Positions 9,942 to 19,862 of a DNA stretch of 64,000 bases are shown piece after piece. Every line of letters starts with the position of its first letter. Position 1 is the first letter of the stretch. A program made the translations under genes and the position numbers. Below the pieces are notes generated by a model that saw nothing but the letters and a program-made list of their open reading frames with translations, searched no databases and was not told where the DNA came from. Source of the stretch: Nitrosopumilus sp. (GTDB lineage Archaea; Thermoproteota; Nitrososphaeria; Nitrososphaerales; Nitrosopumilaceae); contig OY763927.2 of the NCBI GenBank assembly GCA_963667665.2, forward strand, positions 1,504,001-1,568,000, in the 5' to 3' direction.

Positions 9942-11327
9942 ATGAACTCCATAATTTTGTCTATTTTGAATTTGATTAGAGGTCAAAGTGAAGAGGTGTT
10001 CCCATTTTCTGATTTTGATACAAGTTTGATTTTTGACAAAATTGTAGAATTACAAAATTCTATAGGGACATTATCTAGTCAAGATGGAGGAATTGCTTCA
10101 GCTCATGTAATATTACTTGCAGCAGGAGTGGTAATTTTTCTTGGAGTTGCAGGAGAAGCATTCTTCAAAAAAACAGGAATTCCAGATGTAGCATTCTTGA
10201 TGATTTTTGGAGTAATTATAGGACCTGTTTTAGGTATTATTCAACCAGAAGCTGTTATCCAAGTGGTGCCATATTTTGCAGCACTTGCATTGATAATCAT
10301 CATGTTTGATGGTGGATTACACCTAGACATCAAACATGTAATCAAAACTGCACACTTTTCTGTAACACTAGCTATTCTTGGTTTTATTTTATCAGTTGTA
10401 ATCATTACACTCGCTGCACATTTTGCATTAGGATGGTTATGGTTAGAGAGTATTTTGTTAGCTTCAATTGTAGGGGGAAGTAGTTCAGCAATTGTTTTTG
10501 GTCTTGTTAGAAATATCAAAATTTCAGAAGAAGTCAAATCAATGTTAAGTTTTGAATCTGCACTAACTGATATTTTAGCCATGATTGCTGCATTCATATT
10601 ATTTGAAGCAGTGCTAATAGGACATTTTGACTTGCAAACATTGCAAGAAACACTTGGTAGAGCAATAGTTGTAGGTTTGGTTCTTGGATTTGGAGTAGGA
10701 ATTCCTTGGATGTATGTTTCAACAAAGCTGGGTAATGCTCAACACGCATACATGCTTACATTAGGAATCTTGTTTGTTTTGTTTTTCTTAGCAAACTCAT
10801 TTGGAGAATCAGGAGCTTTGACAGCACTAGTATTTGGGATAATGCTTGGAAATAAAAAACATCTTTCACGAATACTCAAATTTAAGCTTCCAAAAATTGA
10901 GATGGATGATCCAACACATAATCAACTGACATTTTTGGTAAGATCATTTTTCTTTGTGTTTGTTGGATTATTGGCAAGTTTTGGACAAATAGAATATGTT
11001 GTATTTGGAATTTTGATTACAGTTGCTGTTTATGGAGGAAGAATATTTGTTGGTAAGGTAACGCTAACAAAGAGATTCTCCAAATTGGATAGAGCAGTCA
11101 CAAACTCTATGATTCCTAGAGGATTAGCTGCAGCCGTACTTGCTACATTTCCTATTACAATGGGTTTACCAAATGCAGAAGCGTATCCACAAATCATATT
11201 CTTTATCATTTTATCATCAGTAATAATTACAACAATTGGATTAGGAAAATCAAAAAAGATTCCTCCACCTGAATCAGTTGAAGGAGGATTTGTCAAAAAA
11301 CCACCTGAGGATTCTCAAAAAGAATAA
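9942..11327 (+). CDS. cation:proton antiporter (CPA1/NhaP-like)
   Basis: Multi-TM; FDGGL, FESALTD, PRGLAAAVLA. Confidence 0.9.
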   Translation: MNSIILSILNLIRGQSEEVFPFSDFDTSLIFDKIVELQNSIGTLSSQDGGIASAHVILLAAGVVIFLGVAGEAFFKKTGIPDVAFLMIFGVIIGPVLGIIQPEAVIQVVPYFAALALIIIMFDGGLHLDIKHVIKTAHFSVTLAILGFILSVVIITLAAHFALGWLWLESILLASIVGGSSSAIVFGLVRNIKISEEVKSMLSFESALTDILAMIAAFILFEAVLIGHFDLQTLQETLGRAIVVGLVLGFGVGIPWMYVSTKLGNAQHAYMLTLGILFVLFFLANSFGESGALTALVFGIMLGNKKHLSRILKFKLPKIEMDDPTHNQLTFLVRSFFFVFVGLLASFGQIEYVVFGILITVAVYGGRIFVGKVTLTKRFSKLDRAVTNSMIPRGLAAAVLATFPITMGLPNAEAYPQIIFFIILSSVIITTIGLGKSKKIPPPESVEGGFVKKPPEDSQKE

Positions 11328-11361
11328 ACTAATACTTTATTTCATGAAAAATGAATTAGAA

Positions 11362-12267
11362 TTATAAATCAAGTGACTCTTTGAGACCTTTGTATCTATT
11401 TCTAATAGTTACTTCAGTAACATTTGCAGCTTCTGCAATATCACGTTGAGTTTTGTCTTCCCCATTTCTTACACAAGATAGGTACAATGCTGCGGCCGCT
11501 AATCCCATAGGATCTTTTCCTGCAGAAACTTCTTTTTCTTGTGCCTGTTTTAGTACTTTGATTGCATATCTTTTTGTTTTTTCAGCAATTCCAATTCTGC
11601 TTGCAATTCTTGCAACACATTGGACTGAATCAGTTACTGGCATTTTCAAGTCAAGTTCTTTGACTAGTAATCTATAACATCTTGCAATATCTTTTCTTTT
11701 GATGTTACCAGCTTGTTCTACATCTTTTAGATTTCTTGGTGTTGAAGTATCACGACATGCAGCATAAAGTGCTGCAGCCATTAAAGCTGAAATAGAACGT
11801 CCTCTAACAAGTCCTTTTTCAAGTGCTTTTCTGTAAAGGTAAGCTGCTTTTTCAATTACTGCATCAGAAATAGCTAGTTTATCTTTTAATCTATTTAATT
11901 CACTAAATGCTTGTCTAAAGTTTCTATCTATTGGTTCATGAACTTGACTTCTACTATCCCAAGTTCTGAGTCTTTGAATTGTACTTTTCATAGATGTTGT
12001 AAGTGGTTTACCAGAAGCATCTTTGTTAACTGGATTGATAATTGTTGCAAGACCCATGTCGTGCATTGTTAAGGATGTTGGTGCACCAGCTCGTGCTCTA
12101 TCTCCATTTTGGTCTTGAGAAAAGGATCTCCATTCAGGACCAGATTCTTGTAATTTTTCAGTAATTACAAATCCACATTTGGAGCAAAACATCTCTCCTG
12201 ATTCATTATCAGTAACTAATTTTCCCTGTGCACATCTTGGGCACGATTCATTTGTTTTACTTACCAT
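11362..12267 (-). CDS. tfb: transcription initiation factor IIB
   Basis: Zn ribbon CPRC/CSKCG, GPEWRSF, cyclin repeats, VTEVTIRNRY. Confidence 0.95.
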   Translation of the reverse strand: MVSKTNESCPRCAQGKLVTDNESGEMFCSKCGFVITEKLQESGPEWRSFSQDQNGDRARAGAPTSLTMHDMGLATIINPVNKDASGKPLTTSMKSTIQRLRTWDSRSQVHEPIDRNFRQAFSELNRLKDKLAISDAVIEKAAYLYRKALEKGLVRGRSISALMAAALYAACRDTSTPRNLKDVEQAGNIKRKDIARCYRLLVKELDLKMPVTDSVQCVARIASRIGIAEKTKRYAIKVLKQAQEKEVSAGKDPMGLAAAALYLSCVRNGEDKTQRDIAEAANVTEVTIRNRYKGLKESLDL

Positions 12268-12367
12268 TTATGATTCTAGAATCCTGCGTTGTTTGGTATT
12301 TATTAATCAACAACTTTTTTCTTTAGATTTTAAGCCCAATAATGCAAAATAGATATTTTGGAGTGAT

Positions 12368-12670
12368 CTAAGATTCTAGTTTTTCTTTTATAATTTGAAT
12401 ATATTTTTTGTTGTACTCGTTGAATAGTTGAATTTTGTTTTGAGCCAAGGCCATAGCACCTAGTCTGGTATTCACGTGTATTTGAGAAATTTTTTGTTGT
12501 TTCAAGATTTTCTCAAGATTCTCTTTTGATAGAGATTTTAATTCTTCAAGCAAAATTGCAAGTTCGTTTTCAAGAATATTTTTGGTGTCAGGAGTTGCAG
12601 GTGGTTTGGCACCAATGATTTCCTTAGTTGTAATATTACCAAATACTTTTTTGTCTAATTCAAGCAACAC
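12368..12670 (-). CDS. hypothetical protein
   Basis: 100-aa ORF with typical composition. Confidence 0.65.
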   Translation of the reverse strand: MLLELDKKVFGNITTKEIIGAKPPATPDTKNILENELAILLEELKSLSKENLEKILKQQKISQIHVNTRLGAMALAQNKIQLFNEYNKKYIQIIKEKLES

Positions 12671-12785
12671 TAGAAAGTGAAATTAGGATATTATAAATTC
12701 AATTTTTTTTGAAAAGTTTTGGAATATACTTAACTACGCCTAAGAAATGAATTCCTACTTATAAGAAAACAATGCAAGTAAAATT

Positions 12786-13058
12786 ATGACAATTCCGGTT
12801 GAAGTTGAAGAAGTTATTGAAAAACACATTAAATTAATGATTTCCCAAACTGAGACATATCTACCTTTTATCAGAGTTGTATTTCCTTACTCAAAAAATA
12901 TAGCTGATGGTGTTTACAATCTAATTATTGGTAGTGCGCTCTTTGTATTTGTCAATCAATTTGCAATTAAGATGGTAAATCCTACTGTAGAAGATTTTAC
13001 AGATTTTGGAAAAATTGCTTTAAAATATAGAGATCAAATTGACAAGTTTTTCAAATAG
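12786..13058 (+). CDS. hypothetical protein
   Basis: 90-aa ORF with upstream TATA (CTTATAAG). Confidence 0.65.
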   Translation: MTIPVEVEEVIEKHIKLMISQTETYLPFIRVVFPYSKNIADGVYNLIIGSALFVFVNQFAIKMVNPTVEDFTDFGKIALKYRDQIDKFFK

Positions 13059-13289
13059 TTATGCCAATTCACCTAGAAAATGAACAGCATCATTAGTTAC
13101 AATAACTGTTCTATCTTTAGGAACATGGTATAATTTTTTTGAACCATTAGAAGATTGAACAATAAGTTTTGAAAATGGATCTTTGAGTGATTTGTAAAGA
13201 ATTCCTTTATCACCTACTGATTGAGACCAGTGTGTTCCTTGTACAAAGGAAATTGTTTGAAACTTTACAACTTGGTATGAATAAACCAT
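13059..13289 (-). CDS. small hypothetical protein
   Basis: 76-aa ORF starting 7 bp after the crcB remnant. Confidence 0.65.
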   Translation of the reverse strand: MVYSYQVVKFQTISFVQGTHWSQSVGDKGILYKSLKDPFSKLIVQSSNGSKKLYHVPKDRTVIVTNDAVHFLGELA

Positions 13290-13295
13290 TTCTAA

Positions 13296-13577
13296 TTAAT
13301 TATTGATTATTGCACTCATTAAGGATTTTCCTCCAATTAGTGCTGCAATAGATAATCCAACATTTGCAGCAATATTGATTGCAAGTATTCCATAGTGATT
13401 GCTCTCAAGAAGATTACTTGAATCAAGTGCAAATGCAGACATTATTGTAAGTGAACCGCAAAACCCTAATGCAGTAAAAAGAGAATATCGTCCATCAAGA
13501 TTCTATTGTTATGACATTATGACAAATGCCTCAAGTACAGAACCTACTGCAAGAAAAACAAATTCTAAACCTTTCAT
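13296..13577 (-). pseudogene. crcB: fluoride channel CrcB/Fluc pseudogene
   Basis: In-frame translation MKGLEFVFLAVGSVLEAFVIMS*Q*NLDGRYSLFTALGFCGSLTIMSAFALD... has the Fluc GFCGSLT motif, two stops and an apparent internal deletion. Confidence 0.8.
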
Positions 13578-13707
13578 CTATTTTCTAACATAAACTAATG
13601 ATATTAGTGCTATTTGAGAGAATATAGATACAATTCATGTCAATCTCATTATAAATCTAAAAATCAAGTCTATGATTTTTATAGTCACAATATTGTTTTC
13701 AGACTAA

Positions 13708-13899
13708 ATGAATCTCAAACTAAGATGTGAAGATTATGGTTTTGAATGTGAATTTGCTCTTGATGAAGAAAAATCTTTAGCGGAACTCAAAAAATTTAGA
13801 GACCATTTTGAAGAAGAACACGGAATTGATTATACAATAGAAGCAGTTACCCAAATGATTACAAATCGTGGACATTCTTTAGATTCAATTAAGAAATAA
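13708..13899 (+). CDS. DUF1059-like small metal-binding protein
   Basis: LRCEDYGFECEF and HFEEEHG. Confidence 0.8.
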   Translation: MNLKLRCEDYGFECEFALDEEKSLAELKKFRDHFEEEHGIDYTIEAVTQMITNRGHSLDSIKK

Positions 13900-14075
13900 A
13901 TTATTAAAAAAAATTATTTTTTTATTTTAACATTTATTACAATGTATATTGTATAGCATACAAAGAGTTATTTTTTGAAAAGTTTAGGAATTTTTTGTAT
14001 GCAAAGCTTTGTTTTGATTACAAAATTACCTGAAACAAATTATTTTTATTTTAGAAACACCAATTATAGTTAGTA

Positions 14076-14996
14076 GTGATAGGAAATTATTCTAGTGATT
14101 ATGATGTAAAGTGTCAACTTGATACTTGCAAAACCTACCCCGTAATAACAGATTCTGAAAGAGGAGAAATTGTTTGTGGGGGATGCGGTCTTATTCTAGT
14201 GCAAAACATGCTTGACACATCATATGAAAACAATGGTTACACTTTAGAAGGCTTTATGAAGCAAGCAAGAACAGGTCCTGCTACATCACTAACAATGTTT
14301 GATAAGGGATTATCAACTGTAATTGGTACCAACAAAGATTTTTCTGGAAACTCATTATCTAGCAAAACAAAATATGAATTCAATAGACTACGAACATGGG
14401 ATCAGAGAAGTAAATCAAGAAATACTGCTAGCTTAAGCAAAGCGTTTACCTTACTTCATGGAATGAAAACAAAGTTAGGGATTCCAGATAATGTTGTAGA
14501 GAATGCTGCCTATATTTACAGAAAAATAGTTAGTGCAAAACTAACCAGAGGAAGAACAATGGCAACATTGATTTCAGCTGCTTTGTATGCTGCATGTAGA
14601 GAAAATAACATTCCAAGAACGTTAAATGATATTGCAGAAGCTGGAAATGTTGAAAGAAGAATACTTTCGCGTGATTTGAGAACTATAATCAAAAAACTTG
14701 GATTGAATCTTAATCAGTATGATACTAATTCATTTATCACAAAAATTTCAAACAACATGAATCTAAAAGAAAAGATCAAACGAGATGCATTTGAGATTCT
14801 AAAGCGCTGTGAAAAAGAAGAGATTACTGCTGGAAAACATCCTGTAGCGCAAGCTGCTGCTTCATTATATATTTCATGTATAATGAATGGTGTAAAAATT
14901 AGTCAAAAGAAATTTTCAGAAGAATCTGGAGTGAGTGATGTTACAATTAGAAATAGATCTGTCTTAATTAAGAAAACATTAAAACTAGTAGAGTAA
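14076..14996 (+). CDS. tfb: transcription initiation factor IIB paralogue
   Basis: GEIVCGGCG, RLRTWD, AALYAACR, GVSDVTIRNR; divergent B-reader region. Confidence 0.92.
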   Translation: MIGNYSSDYDVKCQLDTCKTYPVITDSERGEIVCGGCGLILVQNMLDTSYENNGYTLEGFMKQARTGPATSLTMFDKGLSTVIGTNKDFSGNSLSSKTKYEFNRLRTWDQRSKSRNTASLSKAFTLLHGMKTKLGIPDNVVENAAYIYRKIVSAKLTRGRTMATLISAALYAACRENNIPRTLNDIAEAGNVERRILSRDLRTIIKKLGLNLNQYDTNSFITKISNNMNLKEKIKRDAFEILKRCEKEEITAGKHPVAQAAASLYISCIMNGVKISQKKFSEESGVSDVTIRNRSVLIKKTLKLVE

Positions 14997-15011
14997 ACTT
15001 TTAAAAAAATT

Positions 15012-15449
15012 CTACAGGTTAATTATAGGAGAAAATATTTTTTCAAATAATACATCTTTCAGTCTATTTACCAAATCCATTATTACTTGTATTTGCTCCA
15101 TTGCTATTTCTTTAAGATTTGCAATGCTATCATTTAGTTCCAATATTTCAGCTTGTAATCTTGAATTTTCATTTTTTATAGTTGATATTTGTCCTTGAAG
15201 GTTGGTATTTTGTTGTTTTAGTTTGTCATTTTCTTCAGTTAATCGTTGTATTTTTTCTAAATCAGTATCTCCTGGGAATGGTTCTGGAACAGGATCAGAT
15301 TTGGGTAATTGAATTGGTGCTGGTTCTGGAGAGGGTTCAGGAATTCCAGGTGGTTTTGGTTCTTGTTCAGTTTCAAACGCTAATGTAAATTGCAAGGAAC
15401 TAACTAAAAGAAGCATAACAGTTAAACCAAAAATAAGACTACTTTTCAT
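15012..15449 (-). CDS. secreted protein with Pro-rich linker and coiled coil
   Basis: Signal peptide, PEPSPEP linker, heptad repeats. Confidence 0.7.
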   Translation of the reverse strand: MKSSLIFGLTVMLLLVSSLQFTLAFETEQEPKPPGIPEPSPEPAPIQLPKSDPVPEPFPGDTDLEKIQRLTEENDKLKQQNTNLQGQISTIKNENSRLQAEILELNDSIANLKEIAMEQIQVIMDLVNRLKDVLFEKIFSPIINL

Positions 15450-15613
15450 TTTATTATTTCACTAACATACTAGAACAATTTTGTATATGAATATGATTAT
15501 TAATTTCTAAGAAGTAGTGTTTTGTCCAATTAAGTAGTGAACAGTTCGTCAAACATTACAGAAATTACTCTCTTCTATCTTTCAAAAAATTATGCGAACA
15601 TTTTCTGGAGAGA

Positions 15614-16441
15614 ATGATGGCAAGAAGAAAACTATCCCTGTATGGGAAAAGAGCAACTACAGATGATATTCTAGAAGAAATTAATCGCCTTCTTTACGCT
15701 AAAGGAAACAGACCATACCCGCTAAAGCCTGTAGAAATTGCAAAGGCAATTGGCATGTCTCGTCAATCCATTTACAACTATATCAAAAAATTATCAAAAC
15801 AAGGAGATGTGATTAGACTACAGTCTGGTCATTTTTTCCTACCAAAGGCAGAAGAAAGTGAATTTCGTGAATTCAATAAATTTCATGAGATTACCAATGA
15901 TCCTCTAATTTCAGAATGGATGGAGGATTTACTGACAAGAAAACAAGGTCTTCCACTAAAGGTATGGAAAACCAGACTACGTTCAGTCGAAACAGTCTGT
16001 AATACATGCAAAGTGACTCCATATGATTTTACAATATCCAAGAAAAATACAGAAAAGATTATGCGCTCCTTTGCAAGACATTTCCAAAGCGGAGACATTG
16101 TCTGTTCAAACAGTGGTAGAAGAAACTCACTGGGAATGAATACAACAGTATACGCAAAAGTCCAGGCAGTTCGTGATTTTTGCTCATTTTATGACATTAC
16201 TTGGAGAAAGGGAGTTACTGGAATAATGTCACAAAAGACTCCACAACACAGGAAATATGCAGATATCAGATTTACCGATGAAGAGTTTGATGCAGCAGAT
16301 ACACCATTAAGACAAGAAGTTCAACAAACTTATTTTGAATTACATAAAAAATCAATGCCAGAGTTAGATAGATTTACTCAGAGTGAATTGCAGTGGGGAG
16401 CTTTAGAAACTGAAGCACTATATACGATCAAGTCCTATTAA
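15614..16441 (+). pseudogene. HTH plus integrase N-terminal-like protein lacking a catalytic domain (probable deletion fusion)
   Basis: N-terminal HTH (EIAKAIGMSRQSIYNYIKKL); core-binding-like region ending KYADIRFTDEEF; no tyrosine-recombinase R/HxxR/Y catalytic motifs follow. Confidence 0.5.
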
Positions 16442-16445
16442 TAAG

Positions 16446-16898
16446 ATGATAATACAGATGAAAGAATTAACAACAAAAGCAAATAAAAGTAATGATCTGC
16501 TACTACAGCCAGGTATGGTTGTGGGAAAACTAGTAAAAAATTCTAGCCATTCCAAACAAGAAGTTATTTTAGATGAAAGTATTGATGATGTTTTAAAAAA
16601 TGTAAATTTGTTAAAAATCCCTTCTCAAGTGTTTAATCCACATAGATTATTAATTTTAACTGCATTGGATCGTTTTGGTGCATTAGATTTTCCTTCGTTA
16701 CGTGATGGAGTTTTGTTAAATAGAAGTGATGGAAATATAGCTAATCATTTACGAGTGTTAAAAGATCTGGAATTCATTAAAGTTGAGAAAAGATTTGTAG
16801 ATAGGAAACCAAAAACATACTATAGACTTACAATAAAAGGAAAAGAACTAGTAAAAGATCTAGCAAAACAATTAGTAAGTATTTTTGATGAAGAATAA
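16446..16898 (+). CDS. winged-helix regulator (ArsR/MarR, HTH_34-like)
   Basis: RLLILTAL, SDGNIANHLRVL, KPKTYYRLTIKG. Confidence 0.85.
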   Translation: MIIQMKELTTKANKSNDLLLQPGMVVGKLVKNSSHSKQEVILDESIDDVLKNVNLLKIPSQVFNPHRLLILTALDRFGALDFPSLRDGVLLNRSDGNIANHLRVLKDLEFIKVEKRFVDRKPKTYYRLTIKGKELVKDLAKQLVSIFDEE

Positions 16899-16900
16899 CA

Positions 16901-17368
16901 ATGAAAGTTAGAGATAAACTATTTTCATTATTTGATGATCTTGATGTTAAATATGATCTAGAATCATTTGAAAATAGAAAACAATTGCAAAAATTAACAT
17001 ATTTGATCGAAGTGTTTGGTGTTGATTTAAAATTTAGATTTCATTGGTATGTATACGGACCATACGATAAAAGACTCACTGCTGTTCTTTATGATGATAC
17101 ACCAGAATCTTCAGGAAGAGAAGTCAAGGATGTATATCCTAATGAACAAAAAAACCTTGCCAAATTGAAAGATTTCTTAGGTTCTGATATTCATTCAAGT
17201 AGAAATCTTGAGTTGATTGTATCTCTTCATTATATCATGCAAGTGGGAAAGAGAGACAATCTTACAGAAGATAGTAAAATCATTAGACAGTTATTAGATT
17301 TAAAACCACAATTCAATGAATCTGAGGCTAGGTTTTATTTGAAAAGATTAAGAGAATTTTTAGACTAA
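16901..17368 (+). CDS. YwgA/SocA (DUF4065)-like wHTH protein, resembling the DarG C-terminal domain
   Basis: KQLQKLTYL, FHWYVYGPY, LELIVSLHY. Confidence 0.7.
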   Translation: MKVRDKLFSLFDDLDVKYDLESFENRKQLQKLTYLIEVFGVDLKFRFHWYVYGPYDKRLTAVLYDDTPESSGREVKDVYPNEQKNLAKLKDFLGSDIHSSRNLELIVSLHYIMQVGKRDNLTEDSKIIRQLLDLKPQFNESEARFYLKRLREFLD

Positions 17369-17578
17369 AATCATTCCCCCTCGATCCGACAAAACGTTGT
17401 TCTTCACATCCAGTATATGCTATAATTATAGCTTCATTGAGGCTAATTTCTGCAATTTTTCAGCTACGATGGGACAGGTAGATTTAGAATTGATTGTTTT
17501 GGTACCAAATAGGCTCAAAAAACTGATTAAACTGAATGGTTTGCCAATATGTTTAGAGTGTAAAACAGAGAAAAAATA

Positions 17579-18250
17579 CTAATTTTCATCTGACATTATC
17601 AAATCTGCTTTCTCCATTTCAGTAGATATTAGTTCCTCTTGTAATCCGATCATTAATTCAGATAAAATAATTTTAATCTGTTCAAAATGTTCCAAGTCAA
17701 TTTTAATGTCAGTGACATTCTGTTGATTTTGTAACAGTTCTCGAAGATTTAAAACAGCACCAATCAATTTTTTATCAAAATTTTTAGCATTGAAATAATT
17801 TAATTTATTCAGAGTTTCAAAATTTGTATCTACAGATTTAAGATGTATTTTTAGAAGTTCTATAGTTTCAGTGCTTTTATTTGCAGATTTATTATGAATC
17901 GTAATGACGTTAATCAACCAATCAATTTTTGTATCAATTATATCTAGTTGAAATTTAACAACACGTATTCTATCTATTTTAACTGATAATTTCTTGTAAT
18001 TTTCTTTTTTAACAGATGAATAAATTGTTTCAATTTTTTTATTAGTTTTTCTTTCACTATCTTTTGTTATCATTAGAACAAACAATGTAATGATAATACC
18101 GACACCAATTTCTGCAATCAAAGTTGCATTGTTTGACCACTCTTGGTCTCCTTTTACGTATAGATTCTCCATAGCTAACCATGTAAAAATAGCACCGATA
18201 ACTACAATGGGTATTCCAAAACCAAGAAAAATTTGGTCTTTTTTATTCAT
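17579..18250 (-). CDS. two-TM membrane protein with helical cytoplasmic domain
   Basis: Two N-terminal hydrophobic helices; island cargo. Confidence 0.7.
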   Translation of the reverse strand: MNKKDQIFLGFGIPIVVIGAIFTWLAMENLYVKGDQEWSNNATLIAEIGVGIIITLFVLMITKDSERKTNKKIETIYSSVKKENYKKLSVKIDRIRVVKFQLDIIDTKIDWLINVITIHNKSANKSTETIELLKIHLKSVDTNFETLNKLNYFNAKNFDKKLIGAVLNLRELLQNQQNVTDIKIDLEHFEQIKIILSELMIGLQEELISTEMEKADLIMSDEN

Positions 18251-18428
18251 AAAATATGAAAAATAGCAGGTGGTATAAAGTAAACTAACACAAAAGACCC
18301 TATCCCAACTGGTTTAACAATATGTTTTGAGTCCTACAAACTTGGAGCTTGTTTACTGATTATTTTGATATCAAATAGGCTTGAATCTTGCTTAGATCGT
18401 TTTTATTGTAAAATACTAAGGGAGAATA

Positions 18429-19061
18429 TTGGACAATTATCTATTTCCTCCCATGATAGTCATTATCGCGTTAGCATTTGGTGTTGGATATACTATTGGA
18501 AACATTAATGATAATTCTAATGAAGAGATGTCGATCATCTTATCTGTAATTACAATTGGATTGGCCATTGCTATTTTTGCCTTCCAAAACTCACAAAATG
18601 AGAAAATCAAAGAACTTGCTAAAAATAATGAAGGAATTCTAGAGGAACAAATTGAGCGAACAAAACGACGTCATGATTATGTAACTAAGTTAGTCCAATA
18701 CAAGATCTCATATGCTTCAGATGTTGCTCCACGTTCAGAAATTTTCAAAAAAATTTTCTTGCTTCCCAAAGAAGAACAAGGAGGCCAAATACATGATGAA
18801 ATTTCAACTATAGAATACACAATAGATGAATTACAAAATATATAAAATTTAACCAGTCTTTATTCGGATGATCTTGATCCTGATGAAATAAGACTGATTT
18901 TAGGGATATCAAAATTTGCACAGATTCTTCGATTGGATCTAAGTGAAGATGTAAGAATTCTTGCAAATGATCTTGCATCATTTGAAAAAAAATGTGATTT
19001 ATTTTTCCAAAAATTCAAACGAATGGATTGGAGTAAAAATCAGGAAGAAGCACTTGATTAA
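18429..19061 (+). pseudogene. two-TM helical protein interrupted by a premature stop
   Basis: TAA at 18843-18845; the same frame stays open for 71 more codons to TAA at 19059-19061. Confidence 0.6.
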
Positions 19062-19164
19062 CTTTTGACATAATGTTATTTTTGTGCCTATTTGGTCATA
19101 TTATTATCAGCAAAGGCCGGAAATAAAAGAAAGTATAAAACACAATTATTGGGAGTGATGGTAA

Positions 19165-19857
19165 ATGGTTGAGAAATCTGAATTTCTATCAATACACATA
19201 GAAGAACTTCTCGGCCGTCCACTAAATGACATTGAAAAAAAGGTAAAAGTGGAAACTCTTTTTGTAAAAGGTTCTTTGGAAATCCCATTACCATGTCCAA
19301 AAGTGTCAATCATTGGTTCAAGAAAGGCATCTCCACAAGGAATTGAAAATGCTCAAAAAATTGCTAAAACATTGATTGAAAATCGAGTAATTATTGTTAG
19401 TGGTCTTGCTGAAGGAATTGATACAGCAGCTCACGAGACAGCTATCAGAATGAATGGAAAAACTATTGCAGTACTTGGAACACCATTAAACAAAACTTTT
19501 CCTGCCAAAAATTTTAAACTTCAACAAGAAATTATGAAAAATCATCTTGCTGTTTCACAATTTCCCGTAGGTTATCCAACCAGAGGAAAAGAATTCGTAA
19601 TAAGAAATAGGACAATGGCTCTTATTTCTGATGCTTCTGTAATTGTAGAGGCTGGAAAATCAAGTGGTTCGTTACATCAAGGATGGGAAACACTTAGACT
19701 TGGACGACCATTATTCATTTGGGAATCTGTTGTAAATAACAAACAATTGGATTGGCCACAAGAAATGATGAAATACGGGGCAATGGTACTTTCTAATCCA
19801 ATTGATGTGTTAGAAGTGTTACCAACACGATTTAAAATGATTGATATGTTTCAGTAA
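19165..19857 (+). CDS. DprA/Smf-family protein (ShosA-like)
   Basis: IIGSRKAS, IVSGLAEGIDTAAH, AVLGT, RNRTMA, VEAGKSSGS; short form lacking the SAM and C-terminal domains. Confidence 0.9.
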   Translation: MVEKSEFLSIHIEELLGRPLNDIEKKVKVETLFVKGSLEIPLPCPKVSIIGSRKASPQGIENAQKIAKTLIENRVIIVSGLAEGIDTAAHETAIRMNGKTIAVLGTPLNKTFPAKNFKLQQEIMKNHLAVSQFPVGYPTRGKEFVIRNRTMALISDASVIVEAGKSSGSLHQGWETLRLGRPLFIWESVVNNKQLDWPQEMMKYGAMVLSNPIDVLEVLPTRFKMIDMFQ

Positions 19858-19862
19858 CTAGT

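Noticed and set aside
13399-13593. 64-aa + strand ORF
   Set aside because: Antisense shadow of the crcB pseudogene
11362-14996. Two TFB genes close together as a novelty
   Set aside because: Expansion of TFB paralogues is well known in Thaumarchaeota
17397-17582. 61-aa ORF in the island
   Set aside because: TTG start and no recognisable motif; probably spurious or decayed sequence
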